DNA of 64,000 nt, from positions 1,024,001 through 1,088,000 of the forward strand of contig CAXXDN010000002.1 of NCBI GenBank assembly GCA_963667465.2, in the 5' to 3' direction. The number at the start of each line of letters is the position of its first letter. Positions within the stretch are counted from its first letter, which is position 1. Source of the DNA: Dehalococcoidia bacterium (GTDB lineage Bacteria; Chloroflexota; Dehalococcoidia; UBA2979). A program made the position numbers and the translations under genes. Shown here one piece after another: positions 28,573 to 38,820 of this stretch. Under the pieces are notes generated by a model that searched no databases, was not told the DNA's origin, and saw only the letters and a program-made list of their open reading frames with translations.

Positions 28573-28962
28573 CTATCCACCTGTGAAGGCTCGGCTGTCC
28601 TCGGGAGGCGTCCCCGAATGCACGAGACCGACGAGGTCGCCCTCGAGGTCCCGGAACTGGGCCAGGGTCACCATCCCGGGGACCGTCGTGACGCCCATCA
28701 CGGTCTCGCCGCCGAGCGAATCGATCCGGTCGAGCGCCGCTCGCATGTCGTCGACCGTGGTCGTAGAACGTCACGCAGGGCTGCCCGCCCCCTCCATCGC
28801 CCCGCCGACGCCGACGCCGATGCCCTCGTCCTGCGCCTCGACGAGGCCGTAGGCCAGCGGGTTGTTCGCGTTGACGTCCCAGTCGAAGGCGTCACGGTAG
28901 ACCTGCTGGATCGCCGCGCCGTCCCTGCCGGCGACCTCGAAGTGGACCAGCGGGTTCGGCAT
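28573..28962 (-). pseudogene. VOC/glyoxalase-family gene disrupted by an in-frame TGA or two compensating frameshifts
   Basis: MPNPLVHFEV...; TGA at 28771-28773; the same frame resumes TVDDMRAALDRIDSLGG..FRDLEGDLVGL; the expected PCVTFY segment lies in a shifted frame. Confidence 0.75.
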
Positions 28963-29069
28963 TCGCATTCCTCTCGACGTTGTTGCCCGCAGCGGCGGAT
29001 CCGCCGCCGCTCCTATCATCAGACACGCACGCCGCCCGGCTTCCGGCCGGTGACGCTCATGGAGGAGCG

Positions 29070-29804
29070 ATGCTGCAAGCCCGCAGCGACCGCGGACTGC
29101 TGCGCGAGCGCAACGAGGACGCCGCCGCCGCGCTGGCGCTGCCCGACGGCTCGCTGCTGCTGGCCGTCGCCGACGGCCTTGGTGGCCACGCGGGCGGCGC
29201 GGTCGCCTCGCGGACCGCGCTCGATGCGCTGGTCGAGCGGCTGCGCGCACGGCCGCCGTCCGACCCGGCCGCCGGCCTGCGTGCCGCCTTCGAGGAAGCG
29301 AACCATGCGGTGCGGGACCGGCAGCAGGGAGCGCACGCGCGGATGTGCACGACGCTCGTCGCCGCGCTCGTCCGCGGCTCCCGCGCCTGGACGGCGAACG
29401 TCGGCGACAGCCGCGCCTACCTCGTGCCGCTCGCCGGCGGAGCGGCGCTGCGGCTCACCGAGGACCACTCCTGGGTCGAGGAGCAGGTCCGCGCCGGGCT
29501 GCTCGAACCGGACGACCCGCTGACCGCGCTCAACCGCTACGTCATCACGCGAGCGATCGGCCTCCGCGAGGAGGCCGGGACGGACGTGACGGGCCCGATC
29601 GCCCTGCCCGACCGCTGCGTGTTGCTGCTGAGCAGCGATGGCCTGTACGGCGTGCTCGACAACGAGGAGATCGGCCGCGTCGTGGCCGAGTCAGCCGACG
29701 ACTACGCCTCGGAGCTGATCGACGCCGTGCTCGAGCGCGGCGCACCGGACAACGTCGCCGTCGCGCTCTACGTCCACGAGGTCAGCGGCAAGGCCGGCCC
29801 GTAG
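29070..29804 (+). CDS. PP2C-family Ser/Thr protein phosphatase
   Basis: SDRGLLRERNED, VADGLGGH, NVGDSRAY, EDHS, SDGL, DNV; GGAGG SD. Confidence 0.92.
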   Translation: MLQARSDRGLLRERNEDAAAALALPDGSLLLAVADGLGGHAGGAVASRTALDALVERLRARPPSDPAAGLRAAFEEANHAVRDRQQGAHARMCTTLVAALVRGSRAWTANVGDSRAYLVPLAGGAALRLTEDHSWVEEQVRAGLLEPDDPLTALNRYVITRAIGLREEAGTDVTGPIALPDRCVLLLSSDGLYGVLDNEEIGRVVAESADDYASELIDAVLERGAPDNVAVALYVHEVSGKAGP

Positions 29805-29818
29805 CCCTCGCGCCGTGC

Positions 29819-30622
29819 TCAGCGAGGGTCGTGGCGGTTGGGGCTGCTGATGTGCACGCCGCCGTCCACGGGGATCGCGACGCCGGTGACGTAGCGCGCC
29901 TCATCCGAGGCGAGGTAGACGGCGCACCAGGCGGTGTCCCAGCCGCTCCCCTCCCTGCCCAGCGGCGACGCACGGCGGCGGCGATCGCGCAGCTCCTCGC
30001 TCATCCCGCGCGACCAGACGGAGGGCGTGTACATCGGCCCGACGATGATGCAGTTGGCGCGAATGCCCTGCTCCGCGTGGTCCATCGCCAACCCGGCCGT
30101 GAGCGTGATCAGCGCGCCCTTCGCCGTCGAGTACGACGTGAGGTGCACCGGCCGGATCGCCGAGAGCGACGAGGTGACGTTGATCGCGCCGCCGCCGCCC
30201 TCGGCCATCACGGGGATCGCCGCCTTGCTGGCCAGCATCGTGCTCGTGAGGTTGGCGCGGATCACCTGCTCCCAGAACTCCTCGTCGATATCGATGATCG
30301 TGCCCGGGCCGCTCATCCCGGCGTTGTTGTGGAGGATGTCGAGCTTGCCCCAGCGCTCCACCGCCTCGCCGACCATGGACTGGCAGTCCTCGCTGCGCGT
30401 CACATCGCCGAGGAACATCGCGGCCTCGCCGCCCTCCGCCTCGATCGCCTCGAGGGTCGGCAGGGTGCGCTCCCGGCTGCGGCCGACGAGCAGCACCTTC
30501 GCACCCTCGCGCGCGAACAGGATCGCCGTCGCGCGCCCGTTGCCGATGCCCTCGGTCACCGATCCCGCACCCGTGACGATCGCGACCTTGCCGGCGAGCC
30601 GGCCTGCCCGTTCCTCGGTCAT
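29819..30622 (-). CDS. Short-chain dehydrogenase/reductase
   Basis: VTGAGS..GIG, NNAG, YSTAK. Confidence 0.92.
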   Translation of the reverse strand: MTEERAGRLAGKVAIVTGAGSVTEGIGNGRATAILFAREGAKVLLVGRSRERTLPTLEAIEAEGGEAAMFLGDVTRSEDCQSMVGEAVERWGKLDILHNNAGMSGPGTIIDIDEEFWEQVIRANLTSTMLASKAAIPVMAEGGGGAINVTSSLSAIRPVHLTSYSTAKGALITLTAGLAMDHAEQGIRANCIIVGPMYTPSVWSRGMSEELRDRRRRASPLGREGSGWDTAWCAVYLASDEARYVTGVAIPVDGGVHISSPNRHDPR

Positions 30623-30768
30623 TCAGCGCTCCTCTCGCAGCCTCGGCGCGGTCTTGCCTGCCGGGCGTGACTCTCGCGGGGATACTACCGACACGCGCTC
30701 ATTCGCGCGCCGGACGGCGTATGCTGGCGACCGCTGGGCATATAACGGACGCGCTCAGCGGAGGCGCC

Positions 30769-31719
30769 GTGCGCAACTACATCGTCGCCCGCCTGCTCGC
30801 GATCATCCCCACGACGATGGTCCTGATCCTCTTCGTCGTCGTCCTGATCCGCCTGCTGCCCGGCGACGCGATCGACGTACTGCTCGAGGAACAGGTGCGC
30901 CTCGACGACGTCTCGCGCGGGGAGCTGGAGGCGCGGCTCGGCCTCGACAAGTCGCTGCCCGAGGAGTTCGTGCGCTACACGCTGGGCACGCTGCGCGGCG
31001 ATCTGGGCAACTCGATCTTCACGGAGGAGCCGGTCACAGGCCTGATCCGGCAGCGGATCGGCGTGACCCTGACGATGGGCGTGATGGCCCTCGTCATCGG
31101 CGCCACGACCGGCGTGGTGATCGGCATCATCTCGGCGGTCAGGCGCAACAGCCTGCTGGACTACGTTCTGCGCAGCGTCTCGATTGCCGGATTGAGCATT
31201 CCCAACTTCGCGATCGCCACGGCGGTGATCGTCTTCCCGACGATCTGGTGGAAGTGGTCGCCGCCGGTGATCTACACGCCGCCCGGCGACGGGATCTGGC
31301 CCTACACGGCCCAGTTCTTCACGCCGGCCATCATCCTCGGCCTGTCCCTCAGCGCCTCGCTGATGCGCCTGACGCGCACGATGATGCTCGAGGTGCTGCG
31401 GCAGGACTACATCACCACCGCCCGCTCGAAGGGCCTGCACGAGGGGAAGGTGGTGCTGCGGCACGCCCTGCGCAACGCGCTGATCCCCGTCGTCTCGCTG
31501 CTCGGCATCCAGGTGGCGTTCCTGCTCTCCGGCACCGTGATCCTCGAGAGCATCTTCTCGCTGCCCGGGCTGGGGCGGACGCTAATCGGCTCGCTGTCGG
31601 CCCGCGACTACCCGGTCGTGCAGGGGCTGACCGTGGTCTCCGGGCTGCTCGTGATCATGGTGAACCTGATGGTCGACTTCTCATACGGCGTGCTCGACCC
31701 GCGCACGAGGACGGAGTAG
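30769..31719 (+). CDS. ABC permease (DppB/OppB-like)
   Basis: LLPGD, GDLGNS, DYITTARSKGL, RHALRNAL; GTG after GGAGG. Confidence 0.92.
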   Translation: MRNYIVARLLAIIPTTMVLILFVVVLIRLLPGDAIDVLLEEQVRLDDVSRGELEARLGLDKSLPEEFVRYTLGTLRGDLGNSIFTEEPVTGLIRQRIGVTLTMGVMALVIGATTGVVIGIISAVRRNSLLDYVLRSVSIAGLSIPNFAIATAVIVFPTIWWKWSPPVIYTPPGDGIWPYTAQFFTPAIILGLSLSASLMRLTRTMMLEVLRQDYITTARSKGLHEGKVVLRHALRNALIPVVSLLGIQVAFLLSGTVILESIFSLPGLGRTLIGSLSARDYPVVQGLTVVSGLLVIMVNLMVDFSYGVLDPRTRTE

Positions 31720-31725
31720 GCGACG

Positions 31726-32625
31726 ATGGCCGTGGCCGACGACGCGATGCTCGTTCCGCAGGAGCGATCCCTCGCAGCGCGCTGGGGCACGACCCTCGTG
31801 CGCTTTTCGAGGCGTCAGCCGATCGGCGCGTTCTCGGCGGCTGTGCTTGTGCTGCTGGTGTTCGTTGCGGTCTTCGCCGATGTGATCGCGCCCTACTCGC
31901 CGACCCGCAACAACGTCGGGGAGAGCCTGATCAACCCCTCGACCGACCACTTCTTCGGCACGGACCAGTTCGGACGCGACCTGTTCAGCCGCGTCATCCA
32001 CGGCGCGAGGATCTCGCTCTACGTCGGCCTCGGCGCGACGTTCGGGGCGGCGGCGTTCGCGACGATTCTCGGCGCGGTGAGCGGCTACGTGGGCGGGGTC
32101 TTCGACTACATCGCGCAGCGCTTCGTCGACGCCTCGCAGGCGCTGCCGCCGCTGGTGATGCTGATCGCCATCCTCGTCGTGTTGGAGCCGAGCGTGACGA
32201 ACGTGATCATCGCGCTCGCCGCCCGCGGCTCACTCTCGCTCTCGCGCGTGGTGCGAGGCGCGGTGATCGGCATCCGCGCCTTCCCCTTCATCGACGCCGC
32301 CCGCGCGATGGGCGCCTCGACGCCGCGCATCCTGCTGCGCCACATCCTGCCCAACATCCTGCCGGTGGTCGTCGTGCTGATGTCGACCTCGATCGGCGGC
32401 TACATCGTGGCCGAGGCGTCGCTCAGCTTCCTCGGCTTCGGCGTGCCGCCGCCGACGCCGAGCTGGGGCGGGATCATGAGCGCCGAGGGGCGGCTCTACA
32501 TGATCGTCCAGCCCTGGATCCTCGTCTTCCCCACGATCGCGCTCAGCCTCGTGGTCTACGTGATGAACATGTTCGGCGACGCCTTGCGCGACGAGCTGGA
32601 CCCGCGCCTGCGCGGCAGCCGCTAG
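31726..32625 (+). CDS. ABC permease (DppC/OppC-like)
   Basis: HFFGTDQFGRDLFSR, AARAMGA, RHILPN, LSFLGFG. Confidence 0.92.
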   Translation: MAVADDAMLVPQERSLAARWGTTLVRFSRRQPIGAFSAAVLVLLVFVAVFADVIAPYSPTRNNVGESLINPSTDHFFGTDQFGRDLFSRVIHGARISLYVGLGATFGAAAFATILGAVSGYVGGVFDYIAQRFVDASQALPPLVMLIAILVVLEPSVTNVIIALAARGSLSLSRVVRGAVIGIRAFPFIDAARAMGASTPRILLRHILPNILPVVVVLMSTSIGGYIVAEASLSFLGFGVPPPTPSWGGIMSAEGRLYMIVQPWILVFPTIALSLVVYVMNMFGDALRDELDPRLRGSR

Positions 32626-32659
32626 ACCGGGGGCGCCCGGCTCCGCGAGCGTCGACCCC

Positions 32660-33580
32660 CTACCCCGCGCCGCTGTGCGGCTTCGGCAGGTTGGCGCCGA
32701 GCGTGCCCGGCATCACCTTGATCAGCTCGTCCACTGACCACTTCCCGTCGCTGTAGATCGACTTCGCCGGGGACGGCATCGAGTTCACCGAGATCAGCCC
32801 CGGCCGCCCGGCGTTGAACCACTGGCCGGTGATGTAGCCAGCCTCCTCGGTCGCGAGGTAGGCGGCGATCGGCGCGACGTGCTCGGGCCGCGATGTCGTT
32901 TCGGTCCCCGCGTCCCGCTGCTCCAGCACGGGGCTCAGCGGGCGGCCCGAGAGCTGCGCGTAGGTCTCCTCGGTCATCCTCGTGTAGGCGCTGGGCCCGA
33001 TGCAGTTGGCCGTGACGTTGTACCTGGCCAGCTCGATCGCGAGGCTGAGGGCGAAGCCGTAGATGCCCGCCTTCGCGGCTGTGTAGTTCGTCCCGCCCAT
33101 CGTGCCGATCCAGACGCCGCCGGAGCTGCAGAGGATGATCCGCCCCCACCGCTGCTCGCGCATGATCACCGAGGCCGGCTGCACGACGTTGAAGGCGCCG
33201 TAGAGGTGCACCTTGATGACCGCGTCCCACTGCTCCGGGCTGAGGTTGAAGATCATCTTCGGCTGCCGGTTGCCCGCGAAGTGCACGACCGTGTGCAGCC
33301 CGCCGAACTCCTCGAGCGCCGTGTCGATGATGCTGCGACCGCCCTCGACGGTGGCGACGCTCGCGTAGTTCGCCACCGCCCGCCCGCCGCCGGCGCGGAT
33401 CTCCTCGACAACGCTGTCCGCCGGTTCGCTGGAGGCCTCGCTCACACCGTCGCTGAGGCCGCCGAAGTCGTTGACGACGACGCTTGCCCCCTCGGCGCCG
33501 AGCTCCAGCGCGACCGCCCGTCCAACTCCCCGTCCGGCCCCCGTCACCACCGCGACCTTGCCCTCGAGATTCGAGCCCAT
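32660..33580 (-). CDS. Short-chain dehydrogenase/reductase (HSD17B4-like subgroup)
   Basis: TGAGRGVG, VVVND, NYTAAK. Confidence 0.9.
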   Translation of the reverse strand: MGSNLEGKVAVVTGAGRGVGRAVALELGAEGASVVVNDFGGLSDGVSEASSEPADSVVEEIRAGGGRAVANYASVATVEGGRSIIDTALEEFGGLHTVVHFAGNRQPKMIFNLSPEQWDAVIKVHLYGAFNVVQPASVIMREQRWGRIILCSSGGVWIGTMGGTNYTAAKAGIYGFALSLAIELARYNVTANCIGPSAYTRMTEETYAQLSGRPLSPVLEQRDAGTETTSRPEHVAPIAAYLATEEAGYITGQWFNAGRPGLISVNSMPSPAKSIYSDGKWSVDELIKVMPGTLGANLPKPHSGAG

Positions 33581-33740
33581 CTCCGCACCCCCTACCGGCG
33601 CGGCGCCCGCCGCGCCGTCACACTCGTTATAGCGCCCGATTCCAGGGATCGCGCAACCGACGCGCAGTTCACACCGCTGCTCCGAGGGGTAGGATGCGCC
33701 GTGGCGCGAGGGACCCCCTCGCAAATGACGGAGGTACGCG

Positions 33741-34685
33741 ATGCCGCTCGATCCACAGATGCAGGAGCTGCTCGAGCTGACGGCCGAGTTCCGCGCCGTC
33801 CCCAACCACCAGAAGACGGCCCGGCAGGCGCGCGCCGATACCCTCGAGCGTACGGCGGCGATGGCCGCGCTGGGAGACGGTCCGGAGCCGATCGCCAGCG
33901 TCGAGGATCGCGTCATCCCCGGCCCCGGCGGCGACATTCCGATCCGCATCTACACGCCTGACAGTCCGTCCGGCGGAGCCATCCTCTACTTCCACGGCGG
34001 CGGCTGGGTGATCTGCAACCTCGACACCCACGACGCGCCCGCGCGCGCCCTCGCGAAGCTCAGCGGCGCGACGCTGATCTCCGTCGACTACCGGCTCGCG
34101 CCCGAGGCGAAGTACCCCGCGGCTGCCGACGACTGCTACGCCGCCACGCAGTGGGTGAGCGAGCACGGTGGGGACCTGGGCATCGACCCATCGAGGATCG
34201 CCGTCTCCGGCGACAGCGCGGGCGGCAACCTCGCGGCGGTCGTCGCGCAGCTGGCGCGCGATCGAGGTGGTCCTGCAATCGCCTTCCAGGCGCTCATCTA
34301 CCCCGTAACCGACCTCGACTTCACGACCCGGTCATACGCCGAGCACGGCAGCAGCGGCGATCTGCTGTCGACCGCGGACATGAGGTGGTACTGGGATCAC
34401 TACCTGGAGTCGCCGGAGCAGGCGCAGGAGCAGTACGCCGCGCCGCTGCGGGCGGACGACCTCGGTGGCCTGCCTCCCGCCCTCGTGATCACCGCCGAGT
34501 ACGACGTGCTGTGCGACGAGGGCGAGGCCTACGCCCGCCGCCTCTGGGCGGCGGGGGTGCCGACCAGGCTCACGCGCTACGACGGCGTCATCCACGGCTT
34601 CTTCAACATGGCCCCGGTGCTCGACAAGGCCACGGCCGCGCAGCAGCAGGCAGGCAGCGCGATCCGCGCCGCCCTCGAGGCTTAG
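33741..34685 (+). CDS. HSL-family esterase/lipase
   Basis: HGGG oxyanion motif, GDSAGG nucleophile, D and HGF of the triad. Confidence 0.93.
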   Translation: MPLDPQMQELLELTAEFRAVPNHQKTARQARADTLERTAAMAALGDGPEPIASVEDRVIPGPGGDIPIRIYTPDSPSGGAILYFHGGGWVICNLDTHDAPARALAKLSGATLISVDYRLAPEAKYPAAADDCYAATQWVSEHGGDLGIDPSRIAVSGDSAGGNLAAVVAQLARDRGGPAIAFQALIYPVTDLDFTTRSYAEHGSSGDLLSTADMRWYWDHYLESPEQAQEQYAAPLRADDLGGLPPALVITAEYDVLCDEGEAYARRLWAAGVPTRLTRYDGVIHGFFNMAPVLDKATAAQQQAGSAIRAALEA

Positions 34686-34694
34686 CCGCGCCCG

Positions 34695-35279
34695 CTACTC
34701 GACGCGGATCGAGGCGCTGGTGATCTCCAGCGGCTCGCTCGTCGCCCCACTCTGCGATCCGCGCGCCTCGAGGGCCTGGAGCGTCTCCATGCCATCGACG
34801 ACCTCGCCGAAGATCGTGTGGTTGCCATCGAGCCAGGGCGTGGGGACGAAGGTCAGGAAGAACTGGCTGCCGTCCGTGTTCGGTCCGGCGTTGGCCATAC
34901 TGAGCAGGCCGGGCCGGTCGTGGCGAGCACCACCGTTGAACTCGCCCGCGTACTGGTAGCCAGGGCCGCCGGTGCCGGTGCCGAGCGGGCAGCCACCCTG
35001 GGCCATGAACTGCGTGATCACGCGGTGGAAGCTGAGCCCGTCGTAGAAGCCAAGCCGCGTGAGGTAGATCGTGCTGACCACGTGCAGCGGCGCGCTGTCC
35101 GGCATGAGCCGCACGCTCAGCGAGCCGACGTTCGTCTCGAGGTCCCAGAAGTACGAGCTCCTCTTGTCGAAGCCGACCTGCGGCGGGCGGTCGAGCTGCG
35201 TCCGCCAGCGCGGGTTCGAGCGATCGACGGACTGCCCGGCAATGAACTCGTCGATGGCGTCAAGGGCGGACTCGGCCAC
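34695..35279 (-). CDS. Cyclophilin-type peptidyl-prolyl isomerase
   Basis: [42 protein letters not shown]. Confidence 0.93.
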   Translation of the reverse strand: MAESALDAIDEFIAGQSVDRSNPRWRTQLDRPPQVGFDKRSSYFWDLETNVGSLSVRLMPDSAPLHVVSTIYLTRLGFYDGLSFHRVITQFMAQGGCPLGTGTGGPGYQYAGEFNGGARHDRPGLLSMANAGPNTDGSQFFLTFVPTPWLDGNHTIFGEVVDGMETLQALEARGSQSGATSEPLEITSASIRVE

Positions 35280-35565
35280 TCGCTGCTCCTCTCGGCTGCC
35301 TCCCGCGCGAGCGCGCGGGCGAGGCACTGCCCGAACTTTGGACCTGTCATGCCAGCATACGGAATGGCACAAGCAGGGTACACGCCTTGACCGCGAGGGG
35401 CCTCGGAGAGGGGCGCAGCCCGCCTCCCCTGCCCACACCGCCAGCAAGGGACGCCGTCACGAGGAGCTCGCCGCTGCATGCGCTCCACCGCGCGCTTCGC
35501 GCTATCATCGGCCCCGGCGGCCGCACAGCACGGGTTCCGGCCACTCGATCGCAAGGAGCGCCAGG

Positions 35566-36924
35566 ATGAGCCTCACCGAACACGTCGTCCGCTTCATCAC
35601 CGAGACCCCGGCCGAATCGGTCCCTCCCGAAGCGATCACGGCCGCCAAGCGCGCCCTGCTCGACACCACCGGCGTCGCACTCGCCGGCGTGCCCGAGGAC
35701 GGCCCGACGATCGTCCGTGACATGGTCTCCGGGCACGGGCCGGGGCCCGTCTCCATCCTCGGCTCGGACCAGCGCGCGCAGCTGCTCGACGCCGCGCTGG
35801 CGAACGGGACCGCCGCGCACGCGCTCGACTACGACGACACGACCCTGCCGCTGCACGGCCACCCCTCGGCGCCCCTGCTGCCCGCCGTCTTCGCCCTCGC
35901 CGAGGAGCGCGGCCGCAGCGGCGCCGCGCTGCTCGATGCGTTCGTGATCGGCTTCGAGGTGGAGGCGCGCCTCGGGCACGCCGTCGACCCCTCGCACTAC
36001 CGCCTCGGCTGGCACGCGACGGCGACCGCGGGGACGATGGGCGCCGCCGCGGCAGGCGCCCGCCTCGTCGGGCTCGACGCCGAGCGCACCAGGCACGCGC
36101 TCGGCATCGCGCTCTCGCTCGCCGGGGGCAGCCGCGCCAACTTCGGCTCAATGACGAAGCCGCTGCACGTCGGCAACGCTGCCCGCGGCGGCCTGCAGGC
36201 CGTGCTGCTCGCCGAGCGCGGCTTCACCGCCGCCGAGGAGTCGATCGGCGGCCCGCTGGGCTTCCTCGATCTCTTCGCGGCCGAGGGCGAGGAGGCGCCC
36301 GAACGCGTCGAGGCGCTCGGCGAGGGCTGGGGCATCGTCGAGCCCGGGATCAACGTGAAGCGCTACCCCTGCTGCTACGGCACGGCCCGCGCCGCCGACT
36401 GCCTGTTCGCCCTCATCGGGGAGCACGACCTGCAGCCGGAGCAGGTCGAGCGCATCGATGTGCGCGTGGAGCCGGGCGGGCTCGCGGCCCTGATTCACCC
36501 GCACCCGCAGGACGGCCTGCAGGGCAAGTTCAGCATGCAGTACGTGCTCGCCGCCATCCTCCTCGACCGCGAGCTGCGGCTCGCCACCTTCGAGGACGGC
36601 GCGGTGGCGCGCCCGGAGGCGCAGCAGCTCATTCAGCGAATCCACACCAGCGAGAGCGCCACGCCGCCCGAGTTCGCCGGCGCGCCGAAGTTCGCGCACG
36701 TCGGCGTCACGCTTGCGGGCGGCGGGAACGTCGTGCACGCCGTCGACGAGGCGGCCGGTTCGGCGGACCACCCGCTGAGCTGGGACGAGCTGACCGACAA
36801 GTACCGCGACACCGCCGGCCGCGTGCTCGATCACGACGCGATCGAGCGCGGCATCGAGGCGTTCGCAACGCTCGACACGGCGCGCAGCGTCGATGCGCTG
36901 ATCGCCGACCTCTGCCCGGCCTGA
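35566..36924 (+). CDS. MmgE/PrpD family protein
   Basis: NGTAAHALDYDD, HPS, GWHAT, KPLHVG, KRYPCC, KFS. Confidence 0.9.
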   Translation: MSLTEHVVRFITETPAESVPPEAITAAKRALLDTTGVALAGVPEDGPTIVRDMVSGHGPGPVSILGSDQRAQLLDAALANGTAAHALDYDDTTLPLHGHPSAPLLPAVFALAEERGRSGAALLDAFVIGFEVEARLGHAVDPSHYRLGWHATATAGTMGAAAAGARLVGLDAERTRHALGIALSLAGGSRANFGSMTKPLHVGNAARGGLQAVLLAERGFTAAEESIGGPLGFLDLFAAEGEEAPERVEALGEGWGIVEPGINVKRYPCCYGTARAADCLFALIGEHDLQPEQVERIDVRVEPGGLAALIHPHPQDGLQGKFSMQYVLAAILLDRELRLATFEDGAVARPEAQQLIQRIHTSESATPPEFAGAPKFAHVGVTLAGGGNVVHAVDEAAGSADHPLSWDELTDKYRDTAGRVLDHDAIERGIEAFATLDTARSVDALIADLCPA

Positions 36925-36973
36925 GCCGGGCGCGAAGCAACGAGGCGAACAAGCAACAGGACTGGGGGGTTCG

Positions 36974-37732
36974 ATGTACCGCACGGACATGTACGAGGGG
37001 ATGCTCGCCGAGACCGTCACGGTCACGGGGCATAACGGTGACGAGATCGGCGCGTACTTCGCGCGCCCGCTGGGCGAGGGGCCATTCCCCGGCGTGGTGC
37101 TGATCCACCACCTGCCCGGCTGGGACGAGTTCTACCGCGAGACCACACGCCGCTTCGCGCACCACGGCTACGCCGCGATCTCGCCCAACCTCTACCACCG
37201 CGAGGGCCACGGCACCCCCGAGGACGTCGCCGCGATGGTCCGCGCCGACGGCGGCGTGCCCGACGCGCAGGTTGTCGGCGACGTGGTCGCCAGCGCCCGC
37301 CTCCTGCGAGGGCTGCCGACCTCCAACGGGAAGGTCGGCCTGATCGGCACCTGCTCCGGCGGGCGGCACACCGTCCTCGTGGCCTCGCGCTCCACGGAGT
37401 TCGATGCGGCGGTCGACTGCTGGGGCGGGCGCGTCGTGATGCCCGAGGACGAGCTGACCGAGAAGCTGCCGGTCGCGCCGATCGACTACACGGCGGACCT
37501 TGCTGCGCCGCTGCTCGGCCTCTTCGGCGCGGACGACCAGAGCCCTTCACCGGAACAGGTCGCGCAGCACGAGCAGGCGCTGCAGGAGCACGGCAAGGAA
37601 TTCGAGTTCCACATGTACGAGGGCGCCGGGCACGGCTTCTTCTACTGGAACCGCCCCGCCTACCGGATCGACCAGGCGATGGACGGCTGGGACAAGATCC
37701 GGGACTTCTTCGGCCGCCACCTCAACTCGTAG
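36974..37732 (+). CDS. Dienelactone hydrolase family protein
   Basis: GTCSGG nucleophile motif, GADD, GAGHGF. Confidence 0.9.
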   Translation: MYRTDMYEGMLAETVTVTGHNGDEIGAYFARPLGEGPFPGVVLIHHLPGWDEFYRETTRRFAHHGYAAISPNLYHREGHGTPEDVAAMVRADGGVPDAQVVGDVVASARLLRGLPTSNGKVGLIGTCSGGRHTVLVASRSTEFDAAVDCWGGRVVMPEDELTEKLPVAPIDYTADLAAPLLGLFGADDQSPSPEQVAQHEQALQEHGKEFEFHMYEGAGHGFFYWNRPAYRIDQAMDGWDKIRDFFGRHLNS

Positions 37733-37754
37733 GCACCTCGCAAGGAGCAGGCAG

Positions 37755-38021
37755 ATGTGCACGATGATCGCCGAGATCGCCACGATCGAGGGCAGCGGGA
37801 AGGGCGCGCGCGGCTGGATCCCGATCGACCGCGCGAACGTGACCTACGACCACCCCTTCCAGCTCGCCGTTGAGCACTCCCTCAACATCGACTTCGTTAA
37901 CGCCGCCGCGGGGCCCGACTCGCGCATTGCGGTCGAACTCCACCCCTCGTCCGCCCGCGCACTCGTGCGCGCCATCGAGGAAGCCCTCGCGCGGGGCGCC
38001 GCCCAGACCGGCGAGGTGTAG
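37755..38021 (+). CDS. Small conserved hypothetical protein (resembles DUF6295)
   Basis: AAGGAG SD; MCT..GSGKG..GW..YDHP..EH.LNIDF..RIAVEL pattern (family name from recall). Confidence 0.65.
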   Translation: MCTMIAEIATIEGSGKGARGWIPIDRANVTYDHPFQLAVEHSLNIDFVNAAAGPDSRIAVELHPSSARALVRAIEEALARGAAQTGEV

Positions 38022-38046
38022 CGAGGACGAGTTCGGGAGGCCGCGC

Positions 38047-38814
38047 GTGGGCTTCATCCACGATCGCCTGTCGATGAGCGGGCGCGTCGCCGTCGTCACC
38101 GGCGGCGGGCGCAACCTCGGGCGTGGCATGGCCCTTGGCCTCGCCGACGCCGGCGCTGCCGTCGTGGTCGCCGAGCTCGACGAGGAGACCGGCCCTGCGA
38201 TGGAGCGCGAGCTGCGCGAGGCCGGCCACGAGGCATTGTGGCTGCGCACCAACGTCCGCGACTCCGCGTCCATCGACGCCCTCGTGGCGGGCACGGTCGA
38301 GCGCTTCGGGCGGGTCGACGTGATGGTGGCGAACGCGGGCGGGATGTTCATGGCGCCGGCGCTCGACATCTCGCGCAACGGCTTCGAGGCGGTGCTGGAC
38401 CTCAACCTCACCGGCGCCTGGCTCTGCGCGAGCGCCGCGGCGAAGGCGATGATCGAGGGCGGCCACGGCGGCAGCATCGTCACCGTCTCCTCGATGAACG
38501 CGATCGCCGGGGCGCTGTACGGGGCGCACTACGGCGCGGCGAAGGCGGGCATCCTCGGACTCACGCGATCGCTGGCGGCCGAATGGGCGGAGCACGAGAT
38601 CCGCGTCAACGCGGTCGCGCCCGGCGGCCGCCGCCGCCTCGCGAGAGAGCAGACGCCGACCCCGCTCACGGGCGGCGGCAGCCCCGAGTACGTCGAGAAC
38701 GTCGCGGCCGCCGTCGTCTACCTCGCCTCGGATCTCTCGACGTGGGTGACAGGTCACACGCTCGTCGTCGACGACGGCGGCACCAGCACGCACGCCCCGC
38801 CACGGGACGCGTAG
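38047..38814 (+). CDS. Short-chain dehydrogenase/reductase
   Basis: TGGGRNLG, ANAG, YGAAK; GGGAGG SD before GTG. Confidence 0.9.
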   Translation: MGFIHDRLSMSGRVAVVTGGGRNLGRGMALGLADAGAAVVVAELDEETGPAMERELREAGHEALWLRTNVRDSASIDALVAGTVERFGRVDVMVANAGGMFMAPALDISRNGFEAVLDLNLTGAWLCASAAAKAMIEGGHGGSIVTVSSMNAIAGALYGAHYGAAKAGILGLTRSLAAEWAEHEIRVNAVAPGGRRRLAREQTPTPLTGGGSPEYVENVAAAVVYLASDLSTWVTGHTLVVDDGGTSTHAPPRDA

Positions 38815-38820
38815 CGACGC

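Noticed and set aside
28771-28773. Selenocysteine or read-through at the in-frame TGA of the VOC gene
   Set aside because: Residues around the TGA do not fit the family, whereas the shifted frame does; frameshifts explain it better.
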